64,000 nucleotides of DNA from an uncultured Phycisphaerales bacterium. GTDB lineage: Bacteria > Planctomycetota > Phycisphaerae > Tepidisphaerales > Tepidisphaeraceae. The notes beneath the pieces are model-generated. The model searched no databases, was not told where the DNA came from, and was given only the letters and a program-made list of their open reading frames with translations. Positions 39,134 through 49,858 of the stretch are shown in pieces; the first letter of the stretch is position 1; every line of letters begins with the position of its first letter. The stretch covers positions 32,001 to 96,000 of the forward strand of contig CAVWVQ010000001.1 in assembly GCA_963758525.1 (NCBI GenBank). Direction: 5' to 3'. The position numbers and the translations under genes are program-made.

Positions 39134-41574
39134 GTGGCCGTCGTTACTCCCAGATTTCGCCCCATCCCCAAGCCTGCCAGGCCGCGCTGGCGCTTCATCC
39201 GCGTCTTCGTGTATCTGATGGCACTGTCCGCGGCTGGCGCCGTCTCACTCTGCTGGTTCGTCGGCCTGCCGCAATCCTGGGCGGATGTCATCGCCGCGCA
39301 CCTGCAGGGACCCGCTGCTCAACTGCAGCGTCTGATGCCGTTGCTCAGTCACGGCCATCCGCTGCCCAAGCTTGGATGGAGCGGCTGGGCGATGGTGGCG
39401 TCGATGGCCGTGATCATCCCGCTGGTGCTTTTTCTCCGTGGGAACAACCGCCGCAACAATATGCTGCAGCGGTGCCTGGTGCTCTCGCTGCTGATTCATG
39501 CGCTGATCTCGTTTGGGTTGAGTTCGATTGTCGTCACCCAGCACGTGAGCCATTACGTGAAGCAGGAAACCGGCGTCGATCTGTCGCTCACCTTGCCCAG
39601 GAGCGTCGAGCTGGCCTTGTCGCTGCGCAATCCGCGCAGCAGTGAAGGTCCGCAGGCAACCGCCCCGCGCGATCTGAATCCATCGCTCAATCCGCTGCAG
39701 CAGCCGCATGCGCCGGCTGCGGTGCCGGTGGACGTGCCGCTGAACACCGCCGTGAGCGGTCGCGGCTCGGCAGCGTCGCTCATTGCTCCGCCATTGGTGG
39801 TCCCCGCGCCACCGCCATCGATAACGGCAGGCCCCACGGCCTTGGTGCCGCTCGCCGCGCCCCCGATGGCGTCGTTGACCGACATCCCGCTGCCTTCGCC
39901 TGTGAGTCAGCAGGAGCTTCAGCCAACCGTGACAACCCCGGGGCCGGAACTGCTGACCAAATCCGGGATCAGTTCGGCGCCGTTTCCCCCACCCAGCGCG
40001 CACGGCGTGACGCTGGAAGCTGGAGGGGAGAGCGCCGCGGATCATGTCGAATCCCTGGCCGCGCCAGCGCCAATCCAGTCGCCGCAGATCAAAGCTCCGC
40101 TCATTACCGGCGGGCCCTCGGCGCTGGCGCAAGTGACAGCGGGCCCGCAGGTCAGCGCACCGCCGACACCGCTTCCCAAAGTCAGCGCCGCGCCGACGCC
40201 CGATCTGCTCGCGTCCGCCGATCCGGGAGCCGGCGACGATGCGGAGTTGGGGCGATCCGCGGAAATCGGCGCCGGCGCCGCCGGTGTGCGCTTCGCGCCG
40301 ATCAAATCCGGTCCGCGCGAGCTTCCCGGCAGCATCGGAACTGGCGCAGACCCCGGACCGGCCGTCGTGATGCCTCCAGTGCCAGGCAATCTCGCTCCCG
40401 CTTTGCCGGTGCAGATCGTAAAGCTGAACACCGACGATCTGGTCGTTCCCAACGTGCCGCTGATTCCCGCGCCGCCGGTCGCGCCGACCATGCATCGCGC
40501 GATGGTGGCCGTCACTCCGTTTCAGCGCGCCCCCGAGCAGCGCAAGGGTCGCATCGCCAAGCTCGGCGGCACCCCCCAGTCGGAAGAGGCGGTCGATCAC
40601 GCGCTCAAATTCCTCGCCCGCCAGCAGGAGCCCGACGGCCGGTGGACCGTGGTGCACGATGAGAGCGCGCCCGGAAAACGCGCATACACGCCGCACGACA
40701 TGGCATTCACGGGTCTGGCCCTGCTGACCTTCCTCGCCCGCGACAATTCTCCCTTCGAGCCCGGACCTTATCGCGAAACGCTGCGGAAGGGTTTGAACTA
40801 TCTCCTGATCAATCAGTCTGCAGATGGCGATCTTCGCGGGCCTCCTGAGTTTCGCGGCGCAGCATCGCAGCAGGCAAACCTGTACGACCACGCCATCGCG
40901 ATGCTCGCCATCGCCGAATGTGCACTACTCACGGGCGATGCCCGCCTCGCCTCAAGCGCACGTGCCGGCGCGCGGTTCATCGTCAGCGCCCAGGACACCG
41001 ACGGCGGAGGATGGCGCTACGCCCCGGCGCAACCGGCGACACCAGCGTCTTCGGCTGGGAGATCATGGCCCTCCACACCGCCGAGTTGCTCGGCTTCGAA
41101 ATCCCTCCTAATTCACGCGGGCTGGCACATCACTACATCGCCAATGCCTCCGCGGGCCCGGGCAACGTCTTCGCAAGTTATCAACCCGGCCTCGATCCCA
41201 CCCAGACCATGACTTCCGAGATGATCTTCGCCAGAATCCTTCTCGGCGACCACTTCTCCGACTCGCAGGTGCAGGACGCTTCCGACTTTCTCGCCCGCTA
41301 CGCTCCGGACGCCGCGCATCCCGACCTCTATTGCTGGTATTACGCGTCCCTCTGCATGTTGCAGATGAACAGCCCCGCCTGGAGCGACTGGAATGCTCGC
41401 ACCCGCGATACCCTGATCCAACTGCAAACCCGAGGCGGCTTCGCCGACGGATGCTGGGAGATCGACGCCAAGGGAATTGACCGCGCCGGCTATATCTTCA
41501 CCACCGCAATCGCGACGCTCACGCTCGAGGTGTATTACCGATACGCCCCAGGACTCGCCGAAGCGCCGCGCTGA
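39134..41574 (+). CDS. Membrane-anchored Pro-rich protein with prenyltransferase/squalene-oxidase-repeat domain (frameshift near 41030)
   Basis: GGTPQSEEAVDHALKFLARQQEPDGRW, YDHAIA, GGWRY, GDTSV.GW, YCWYY, LTLEVYYRY. Confidence 0.8.
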
Positions 41575-41588
41575 ATTCTGCTTGAAAG

Positions 41589-42896
41589 TCAATTCTCCTT
41601 TGCCAGCCTCGTGAACAACTCTCCCCGTTCCTCAAAGTTCACGAACTGATCCTGGCTGGCGCACCCGGTGCTGAGCAGAATGACATCATCTGGCGCGGCG
41701 ATCTGCCCGGCGATCTTCATGGCAGTGGGCAGATCGCCGCATTCATAAACGTTTGCCGCGCCTTGATGCGTCGGCGAACTGGCCATCAGCGATGCGATCT
41801 GACTGCCCGTGGCACCGATGCACAGCGCCGCCTTGGCACGCTCGACCAGCGCGTTGCACATCGCGGTCAGCGCCAGGCCCTTGTCCTTCCCGCCGACGAT
41901 CTGGATCACGCGCTTCGGAGCAAACGCCTCGAGCGCGGCAATGGCTGCTTCGGGAATCGTCGCGATCGAATCATTGAAGTACCTCACGCCGTTGGATTCA
42001 TGCACCAGTTGCAGGCGGTGGGGCAGTCCGGCAAACGCACGGACGGCTTCCTGCGCGTCAGCTTGCGTGATGCCCAGAAGCGAGGCCGCGGCAAACGCGG
42101 CCTGCGCGTTGGACTGGTTGTGCCGCCCGGGAATGATCAATTCAAAGGGCTCGCGGTTCTCGGTCGTGAAATAAATCACCCGGCCCGCCGTCGCTTTCGC
42201 CCAACCGACGGATGCCGCGTCCTCCGCGTTGAGCACCGCGAAATCATCCGGCCGCTGAAAGCGGAGGATATTTTTCTTCGCCTCCAGATACGCCCGCGCC
42301 GAGCCGTGCCAGTCGAGATGATCACTGGCGAGCATCGTCACCACGCTCACATGCGGTGACCACCGCATCGGCGCGAGATATTCCAGCATGAAGCTGGAAA
42401 GCTCCAGCACCACCAGATGCGTCTTATCGATCTGATGCAGTTCATTGAGCAATGGCCGACCGATATTGCCGCCCACCCATGTCGTGAACCGCTTCTTGAG
42501 CATCTCCCCAAGCAGGGCGGCAGTGGTCGATTTTCCCTTGCTCCCGGTGACGCCCAGTATCGTCGCCGGGCAACGCTCGATGAACAGACGGATCTCGGTA
42601 GTGACTTCCACTCCCGCTTCCGTCGCGGCCCGAAGGTATTCGTTGCTCGGCGCAAAAGCGGGAGACGCGATGACCAGATCCGCCTCCGCAAAGTCCTCGG
42701 TGCGATGCCCTCCCAGATGAAACTCGATCGGCAACCCCGCGAGCTGCTCCATCGAGCTGGCGAGCTTTTCCGGCTGGGCCTGATCGGTGACGATCACCCG
42801 CGCCCCGTGCTGCACAAGCCATCGCGCCGCGGCGATCTGCCCGCCGAAGCGGCCAAGGCCCGCCACGGTCACCCGCTTGTTCTCAATGTCCTGCAT
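41589..42896 (-). CDS. murD: UDP-MurNAc-L-Ala:D-Glu ligase
   Basis: GLGRFGG, GVTGSKGKSTT, GGNIG, ELSSF, DHLDWH, LPHRL, NDSIAT, NFEERG. Confidence 0.93.
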   Translation of the reverse strand: MQDIENKRVTVAGLGRFGGQIAAARWLVQHGARVIVTDQAQPEKLASSMEQLAGLPIEFHLGGHRTEDFAEADLVIASPAFAPSNEYLRAATEAGVEVTTEIRLFIERCPATILGVTGSKGKSTTAALLGEMLKKRFTTWVGGNIGRPLLNELHQIDKTHLVVLELSSFMLEYLAPMRWSPHVSVVTMLASDHLDWHGSARAYLEAKKNILRFQRPDDFAVLNAEDAASVGWAKATAGRVIYFTTENREPFELIIPGRHNQSNAQAAFAAASLLGITQADAQEAVRAFAGLPHRLQLVHESNGVRYFNDSIATIPEAAIAALEAFAPKRVIQIVGGKDKGLALTAMCNALVERAKAALCIGATGSQIASLMASSPTHQGAANVYECGDLPTAMKIAGQIAAPDDVILLSTGCASQDQFVNFEERGELFTRLAKEN

Positions 42897-43093
42897 AACG
42901 CTGAGTCTCAATCATTCGACGTCGGCGGAGGGCGGCTCCCCTGTAGCACGGCCGTCCCGGCTGTGATTCCAACGCCCCAGCCGAGACGGCTGTGCTCCAG
43001 GATTGCGTCATTCATCCTTACGGAATTGATCAAGTTATTCACACGCGAGCACTCGGCGAGGCAATCGTTCGACACGCTTTCGTGGAAACGCCT

Positions 43094-44045
43094 TTACGGT
43101 TTCAACACACCGGCAATATCCGACTTCATGTCCAGCACCGCCGCCTCGACGCACATCTCCCAATTGCTCCCGAAGCGATCGGCATATTTCTTCTCGCGAT
43201 GTGCATAGAGGATGCTGCGGCTGGCCGACACCAGCGCACCGCGCCCATCGATAAATGCTGCGCGGGTCATTTCGCCTGTCGCGCCCTGCGCCGTAGCCCG
43301 GCAGCAGAAACATCGACTGCGGCAGCCGTGCCCGCAAGCTCTGCATCGTCTGCGGCTGCGTCGCTCCGACGACCGCGCCCACCGAGCTGAATCCCTTCGA
43401 TCCGACTAATCCATCTGCAGCCGCGATCAGCTTCAATCGATCGGCCAGCATCTCCGACCACGTGCGGCCGTCCTCCAGCCGGGCGTCCTGCAACTCGCCG
43501 GAGCCGGGGTTGCTTGTTCGCACCAGGACGAACAACCCCTTGTCGAAGTCGCGGGCGGTTTTGACGAATGGGGCGATCGTGTCCAACCCGCAGAACGGAT
43601 TGATCGTGATCGCATCCGGCATGAAAACATCTTCCGACGGACCGGCCCCGCGAATCCCCGGATCGACCAGATGCCCGACGGCGTACGCCGCCGCGGTGCT
43701 GCCGATGTCTCCCCGCTTCACGTCCCCGATCACCAGCAGCCCCTGTTCCGAGGCTTCGCCGATCAGGCTGAAGTACGACTCCACGCCGTCCCATTGCCAT
43801 TGCTCGAAGTATGCGGACTGAAACTTCACGCACGGAACATGCGGCGAGACGATCTGCAACACGCGCGTGGTAAACGCAAAGACCGCGTCGATCACCGCCT
43901 CGTGATCGTTGGCATCGCGCTTTGCGGCATCGCCCGCGATCGCCTCCGGCAACATCTCGTAGATCGGATCGATCCCCACGCAGATCGGACAGCCCTTGGC
44001 CTCAATCGCGTCGAGCAAACGGTCGGCAAAATTCTCAGACATCAA
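43094..44045 (-). CDS. pyrF: Orotidine-5'-phosphate decarboxylase (frameshift near 43290)
   Basis: CVGIDP, DVKRGDIGST, RTSNPGS, GAVVGAT, LPGYGA; the SASRSILYA tail is in another frame ending at 43094. Confidence 0.92.
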
Positions 44046-44261
44046 TATTCCATAGAATTAATGTGAACGGGTCCGATCCATGCAGCCGTCGAGCAAGCCC
44101 GGCGGCTAAAGCGCGGTTTCACGACCCGGGATTCGCCCACCACGCCGAGTCTGAGGTACTCCGAAGGCTCGGATTTCCGGGCGTTCGATCCGAGCCTTCG
44201 GGGTACCTCAGACTCGGCGTGGGGTTGTGAAACGGGCTCCAAACGGAGCCCGGGGCCGCAA

Positions 44262-44726
44262 TCAGTCTTCCGGCTGCCTCGCCCGTTCGTCGAGCACGCT
44301 TTGCAGACGTTCCACGTCCGCGCCGCACGTCCGCAGCGCTGCGCGGATTTCCGATTCGGGATCCTCCAGCAACGCCCGCAGCAGCAGCCGGGTGGAGACG
44401 CGCGGCTCGCGCGCGGCTTGTGCGCCGGTCAATGCCGCGTTCACCGCCTGCTTGGCATTGGGAGACAGCGGCAGATTCCCCGTTACCACCGGCGGCTCGG
44501 CGCAGTGAGGCAGCGCGTCGACGAGGCTGCCGCGCAGCTCATCGATATTCACTTCGCTGCCGCGCAGGGCGTGCACCGCCTCTGATTGATGATCCAAGGC
44601 ATGGTCCGTCCCGAGGATCCCCAGCAGCAGGTGCTCGGTTCCCACGAAGTCCTGGTTGAGCTGCCGGGCTTGCGCCTCGGCTGACTCCAGTGCCAGACGA
44701 AGCTGCTCGGTCATTGCTTCACGCAT
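44262..44726 (-). CDS. Stand-alone Clp N-terminal domain protein
   Basis: ARQLNQDFVGTEHLLLGIL plus a second degenerate repeat. Confidence 0.85.
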   Translation of the reverse strand: MREAMTEQLRLALESAEAQARQLNQDFVGTEHLLLGILGTDHALDHQSEAVHALRGSEVNIDELRGSLVDALPHCAEPPVVTGNLPLSPNAKQAVNAALTGAQAAREPRVSTRLLLRALLEDPESEIRAALRTCGADVERLQSVLDERARQPED

Positions 44727-44922
44727 GGCCAATGCTCCAACTTTTCCGGGGCGATTCTAACAACCCCCGCGCGGCGCGTCATTGTGAAAATGGGCAACGC
44801 GCGGGGGTCAGAGAACGAGCGCGAGTACGCGCATCCACTCGACTTTTAGCCGCTGCCCACGGGCAGCATCTCATTTGCACAGCCGCGTACTCGCGGCCGT
44901 TCATCCGATTGATTGGAATGAC

Positions 44923-44997
44923 TTATCGCTTACGGCGATCGCGGCGGGCCTTGCGCTTCTTGCTGCCGATTTTACGGCGGCGGCGGGGCTTGGACAT
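44923..44997 (-). CDS. 24-aa highly basic peptide MSKPRRRRKIGSKKRKARRDRRKR
   Basis: Strong AAAGGAG RBS; composition like small ribosome-associated proteins. Confidence 0.6.
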   Translation of the reverse strand: MSKPRRRRKIGSKKRKARRDRRKR

Positions 44998-45108
44998 TGC
45001 GGGAGCTCCTTTCCTTGATGCTTCCACTGATTGAATTTTCAGACCGAACCTCAAACGTAGCGGGGTAAAATAGCGTGCCACGCGCCCTCCGTCCACTGAC
45101 GCAGCCGT

Positions 45109-45276
45109 GTGCGCGGGTTCCGGCGCGTTCCGGGGGCGCAGCCGAATTCCCTGCAGCACGTTGTGGTGCGGCCTTCCAGGCTGCAATTGCGCCCCTTCTG
45201 AACCGCAGTCTGCTCCTTCTCGGAAGGAATTCCCGGACACCCGTTCCGGGGCGGGAACTCTGGTGCCGGTTCGCAC
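45109..45276. ncRNA. Candidate structured ncRNA
   Basis: Nested long-range stems plus a crossing pairing. Confidence 0.45.
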
Positions 45277-45367
45277 CACGCGACCCCTGCAAAGTGCAAA
45301 CGCATTCCTTCACCCACCCCGGAAGTTTGTGCACGTTTACTGCGCGTTATGGGGCGTAGCTCAAGTC

Positions 45368-45383
45368 AGGCACGAGAGTTGCT
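45368..45383 (+). promoter_or_regulatory. Sigma54 (-24/-12) promoter candidate
   Basis: aGGcacgagagttGCt = GG-N10-GC with GGCAC and TTGC. Confidence 0.6.
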
Positions 45384-45422
45384 AAACGCTCTTTGGAATC
45401 AACCGGGCCAGGAGACTGCCCA

Positions 45423-45716
45423 ATGATTAAGCTTGAACCGGGGAATGTGCTTCTCAAGCCCTCACAACGCAGGCAGGTAATGACCGGCCTTCGCCGATCT
45501 TCCCGCCTTGGCGATCGCCTTGGCAATTTCGATCTGACGATTTCAATGCAGCGCAGCGGCAGGTTCTACGAACTGCGCGCCGATGTGCATGCCGCCGCTT
45601 CCGACTTCGGATGCCGGTCCCGTCGTCACGATTGGCAAACCGCCCTGCGTGAGTTGTCGGCTGACATCACCCGGCAGTTGCACGACCTCTGCGTCCACGG
45701 CCCCGCTCTGGCATAG
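45423..45716 (+). CDS. HPF/RaiA-like small protein (divergent)
   Basis: 97 aa with an HPF-like alternation of strands and helices ending DWQTALRELSADITRQL; AGGAG RBS. Confidence 0.45.
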   Translation: MIKLEPGNVLLKPSQRRQVMTGLRRSSRLGDRLGNFDLTISMQRSGRFYELRADVHAAASDFGCRSRRHDWQTALRELSADITRQLHDLCVHGPALA

Positions 45717-45949
45717 AGCCGAGGCCGACAAACCGGAAGTTGTGTACGACCCAAAGCGTTGCAAGGATGCGGCGCCGATGGTGCTGCTCCCTCCGAGTTT
45801 TTGGTCGTCACTGTTGCGAAGCCACAAGGGCGCTCTGTCCCGAATAAAGCGACCAGAGGCAGTCGGAGCGACGACCAGACGCCGGTTCAACCCGCGAGTC
45901 GGCCCGTCTTGCAAACCCCCGTGCTGTGCGCTATTCTTCGGCATCAGCC

Positions 45950-46021
45950 GCCGAAGTAGCTCAACGGCAGAGCACCGCTTTCGTAAAGCGGGGGTTAAGG
46001 GTTCAAATCCCTTCTTCGGCT
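45950..46021 (+). tRNA. tRNA-Thr(CGT)
   Basis: gccgaag/cttcggc acceptor, ccgct-ttcgtaa-agcgg anticodon arm, aaggg-ttcaaat-ccctt T-arm. Confidence 0.95.
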
Positions 46022-46357
46022 TGTTCGACTTATCGCAGAAGGGCTCGTGATAGGCGATATCGTTTCCCAAACGAGTCCCTCCGCGGGATACGACCTTAAG
46101 CGATCCGGCCTCCCGATCGCAGGCATTGCTCTTCCTCAAGCAAGCCCACAAAGACTGCGTTACGACGCGTTTTGGGTAATTGCAGCCCTCAAGGCGATCC
46201 TACGCGCCCGCGGCCGCGACTGCGTCTGGGCTTCTGGCTTCGGACTCCTCCACTATTGAACGCGGTTGAACGCGGAAAGGCTTGTTCGCGTGAGCGTTCT
46301 ATGGTCAAAACGCCTTGTCCAGCGGACAATGGGTTTGGCGGAGGGAAGACCGAAGCG

Positions 46358-47458
46358 ATGCTTGATCCTATCCATGCACGCGCTCGCCAGCAGCGCCTCC
46401 TTGCCGCGATGCAGACGCGCCGGCTGGATGCCGCTGTCATCGGGTGGCGCTCCCATGTTTCCTATCTCACGACGCACATTCCGTTCTGGCTGCATGAGTC
46501 GGCGCTTGTACTGTTCGCGGATGGGCGTTCGCTGCTGATTGCGGCCAAGGACTCGGCAATTCGGTTTGCCACAAACGATGTGCTGTTCTATGACGCCAAT
46601 TGGCTGGGGACGCAACGGGAGAATCAGGCGGGGCTTGTTGCAGAACAAGTGACCGCTCAGCTTCGCCGGCGCGGGGTGCGAATTGTGGGGATCGACGCGT
46701 CGGGCGTGAGTGCGGCGGTCGCGCAGCGGATGGATGGCACATGCGCCGCAATTGATGACGAACTGCTGCGGATGCGCCGGCGCAAAGACACCGACGAGCT
46801 TGCGCTGATGCGCAAGGCGATCTCCTGCTGCGGCTCGATGTATGCTCACGCCCGGCGGCTGATCGAGCCGGGGGTTCCGGAGCTGCGCGTTTTTGGCGAG
46901 CTTCACACGGTTGCAGTGGACATCGCGGGCGAGCCGCTCTCGGCATACCTGGGCAATGACTTTGCGAGCGGCGCGATGGGCGGGCCTCCGCGCAAGGCGC
47001 ACGCGGCGGAGGCGGGCCAGATCTATATTCTCGATCTGGGCCCGGCGTATCGCGGTTATTTCTCGGACACCGCGCGATGCGTCTGCGTCGATCGCAAGCC
47101 GACGGATGCTCAACTTCGCGCCTGGGAAGTCATGCTTGGAGTGTTTCCGATCATCGAGCGGATGGCTCGTCCGGGAGTTCGTTGCCGCGATCTGTTCGAT
47201 GCGGCCGAGGCTCATCTGCGCGAGGAGCATGGGTCGTCGATGGTGCATCACCTGGGTCACGGCGTGGGACTTTCGCCGCACGAATTTCCGCATCTGAATC
47301 CGCGTTATGATGACGTGCTGTCGGAAGGGGAAGTGTTCACGTGCGAGCCGGGGATTTACAATGACACGCTGAATGCCGGGCTGCGGCTGGAGAATATGTA
47401 TCTTGTGACGGCAGACGGCGTGGAGAACATGACGCCGTTTCCGATGGAACTGGCTTAA
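46358..47458 (+). CDS. M24 (Xaa-Pro) aminopeptidase family
   Basis: LDLG...GYFSDTAR, HHLGHGVGL..HE, EPGIY, LRLEN. Confidence 0.9.
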   Translation: MLDPIHARARQQRLLAAMQTRRLDAAVIGWRSHVSYLTTHIPFWLHESALVLFADGRSLLIAAKDSAIRFATNDVLFYDANWLGTQRENQAGLVAEQVTAQLRRRGVRIVGIDASGVSAAVAQRMDGTCAAIDDELLRMRRRKDTDELALMRKAISCCGSMYAHARRLIEPGVPELRVFGELHTVAVDIAGEPLSAYLGNDFASGAMGGPPRKAHAAEAGQIYILDLGPAYRGYFSDTARCVCVDRKPTDAQLRAWEVMLGVFPIIERMARPGVRCRDLFDAAEAHLREEHGSSMVHHLGHGVGLSPHEFPHLNPRYDDVLSEGEVFTCEPGIYNDTLNAGLRLENMYLVTADGVENMTPFPMELA

Positions 47459-48612
47459 TGACGGTCTCTCGCGACACATTTGAACGATATCGGCAGAAGG
47501 GGCTGGACGCCCGCCGCGCGGGGCAGTGGGATACTGCCCGCATCTATCTTCTGGAAGCCGCCCGCGCGATGGCCGCTTTGAGCAAAACTGCGCAGGGAGA
47601 AGACCTGCGCGAGGCGCGCCGGCAAACCGCGCAGCGGCTGCTCGATTTGGCGCACGACTGCGACACCGCGGCGAAGGAAGGACGCAGAACCTCCACCTTG
47701 CCGCGCCGTGTGCCTGGGAAAGCCGCGCCGGACGCGGTGGGGGAGTCGGACGGCGAGACTTCGGCCCAGCAATGGATCGTAAAGGAAAAACCGGCGCTGC
47801 GATTCAGCGACGTGGCCGGGCTTGAGGATGTGAAGGAAGACATCCGGCTGAAGATGATCTACCCGTTCGAGCATCCGGAGCTGGCGGAGAAATTCGGAAT
47901 CCGCGCGGGGGGCGGCGTGCTGTTATACGGGCCTCCGGGCACCGGCAAGACGCTGTTAGCCAAGGCCACCGCCGGCGAGATTGACGCCACGTTCTTCCGC
48001 ATTTCGCCGGCGGATGTGCTGAGCAAGTGGGTGGGTGAAGCCGAGCAGAACATCAAGAAGCTGTTCGACGCCGCGGCCGCCGAGCCGCGCAGCATCATCT
48101 TTATCGATGAGATCGAGGCGCTGGTTCCCGCGCGGCGGGATGAGGGTTCGAGCGTGATGCAGCGGGTGGTGCCGCAGATTCTGCAGGGGGTCGAAGGGTT
48201 CGACAAAAAGGCGAACCGCTCGCTGCTGCTGATGGGCGCGACTAATGTCCCCTGGCAACTCGACCCGGCGATGCTGCGACCGGGGCGATTTGATGAAAAG
48301 GTGTATATCCCGCTGCCGGACGTTACCGCCCGGCGGAAGATGCTCGACATGTATCTGTCGCACCGCCCGGTTGACGCGGCGGTGAATCTCGATGAACTGG
48401 CCCAGCAGCTTGAAGGTTTCAGCGGAGCAGACGTGAAGTACATCTGCGACCGCGCCGCGACGATCCCGTTTCTCCAGAGTGTCGCGACCGGCCGGGAAGG
48501 CGCCATTACACGCGAGATTCTTTCAGATGTTGTTAAGGACGCGACGCCGTCGGTGACGCCCGATATGCTCGGTCGGTTCCATCAATGGTCGCAGACCGCT
48601 GCGACCGAGTGA
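47458..48612 (+). CDS. AAA+ ATPase with N-terminal MIT-like helical domain (Vps4-like architecture)
   Basis: EKP..RFSDVAGLE, GPPGTGKT, SKWVGE, FIDE, GATNVPW, C-terminal PSVT..L..F..W helix. Confidence 0.85.
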   Translation: MTVSRDTFERYRQKGLDARRAGQWDTARIYLLEAARAMAALSKTAQGEDLREARRQTAQRLLDLAHDCDTAAKEGRRTSTLPRRVPGKAAPDAVGESDGETSAQQWIVKEKPALRFSDVAGLEDVKEDIRLKMIYPFEHPELAEKFGIRAGGGVLLYGPPGTGKTLLAKATAGEIDATFFRISPADVLSKWVGEAEQNIKKLFDAAAAEPRSIIFIDEIEALVPARRDEGSSVMQRVVPQILQGVEGFDKKANRSLLLMGATNVPWQLDPAMLRPGRFDEKVYIPLPDVTARRKMLDMYLSHRPVDAAVNLDELAQQLEGFSGADVKYICDRAATIPFLQSVATGREGAITREILSDVVKDATPSVTPDMLGRFHQWSQTAATE

Positions 48613-48670
48613 AGCGCTGATCGTTGCACACGAAAGATTGCGCCATTTCATTCAAACGGAGGTTTCTTCC

Positions 48671-49369
48671 ATGCACATCCGCCGAGTCCTTCCGATTCTT
48701 GCGATCGTGTTTGCGTTTTCGGCCATCGTCCGCGCCGACGCGAAGTATCTGACGCCGGATGACATCACCGCGACGATTGCGCTTCTCTCTCCGCCGCCGG
48801 AAGACGGATCGCCCGAGCAGAAAGCGGAGATTCAGACGCTGCTGGATTTTCAGCAAAAGCGCACGCCCGAGGACGTCGCGCGGGCGGAGAAGAATTCCCA
48901 TTTAAGCGGCTTCATGTTTGCAGATGTGCTCGGCGAGTGGTTCAACGCGAAGGAACTTCCCGTGACGGCCAAGTTCCTGTCGTCCGTCGCCCCCGAGAGC
49001 AAAGCGGTGGTCGTGGCGGCCAAGCCGAAGTTCCATCGCGTTCGACCGTACGTGACGGATCCGCGCATTCAGCCATCGTTGGAAAAGGAAACGGGCTTCT
49101 GTTATCCGAGCGGCCACGCGACCGGCGGAATGACCTATGCCCTGATTCTGGCGGAGATGTTTCCCGATCAGAAGGACGCGCTGATCGCCCGCGGCAAACA
49201 GATCGGCGAAGACCGCGAAGTTGGCGGCATGCACTACCCCAGCGACGTGGCGGCCGGGCAGACCATCGCCGCGGAGATCGTCAAGCGGCTCCTGGCAAAT
49301 CCGGAATTTCACGCGGCGCTGGAGAAGGCGGTCGAGGAATGTCACGCGGATGCGCATGCGGGAAAGTAG
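48671..49369 (+). CDS. Class A acid phosphatase (PAP2 family)
   Basis: KPKFHRVRP, YPSGHA, REVGGMHYPSDV; signal peptide. Confidence 0.88.
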   Translation: MHIRRVLPILAIVFAFSAIVRADAKYLTPDDITATIALLSPPPEDGSPEQKAEIQTLLDFQQKRTPEDVARAEKNSHLSGFMFADVLGEWFNAKELPVTAKFLSSVAPESKAVVVAAKPKFHRVRPYVTDPRIQPSLEKETGFCYPSGHATGGMTYALILAEMFPDQKDALIARGKQIGEDREVGGMHYPSDVAAGQTIAAEIVKRLLANPEFHAALEKAVEECHADAHAGK

Positions 49370-49477
49370 GGATGCGCAGGGAGAGAACGCTTCGCGCCGC
49401 TTGGCGCCGTGAATAGAAAGCGCTTTCAGAACCTGCTTAGCCGGGCCTCGCAGTTAGGGCCCAGTTTTGCTGCGGTC

Positions 49478-49858
49478 CCTTCTCCCGGTACGCCGGGAGA
49501 AGGTTAGGATGGGGGTGATTTCGAGCACCAAATGCTCTCGAATTCCAAATCACCCTCACCCCCAGCCCTCTCCCGGAGTACCGGGAGAGGGGGTAAAGAA
49601 ACGAGCTCTAAGTACACATCCCCATAAGTAAGGGACCATCAATGTAGGGCGGGATTTATCCCGCCGGATGCCTCCGCCGGAAGCGAATCGGCGGGATAAA
49701 TCCCGCCCTACATGTGGCCCTCTTTCAATGGGGAGATGTACTAAGCAGTTGACGGAGTGCCGGCGAGATTTTCCAGGGTGGGTGTACCCGCGTGTACTCG
49801 CCCCCCGGATTTTCTCGGAAAGCATGGTGGGCGAGTACACGCGGGTACAACCACCCCA
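49478..49858. repeat. Cluster of three different palindromic repeat doublets
   Basis: cccttctcccgg..ccgggagaagg / ccctctcccgg..ccgggagaggg; GTAG doublet at 49644-49711; gggtg.gtgtacccgcgtgtactcgccc inverted pair at 49776-49858. Confidence 0.75.

Noticed and set aside
39245..40891. Long antisense ORFs (also 9810-11120, 46253-47479, 56841-58334)
   Set aside because: Shadow frames of well-supported genes in high-GC DNA.
45950..46021. tRNA-Thr as a second integration site
   Set aside because: No duplicated tRNA fragment or second integrase was seen.
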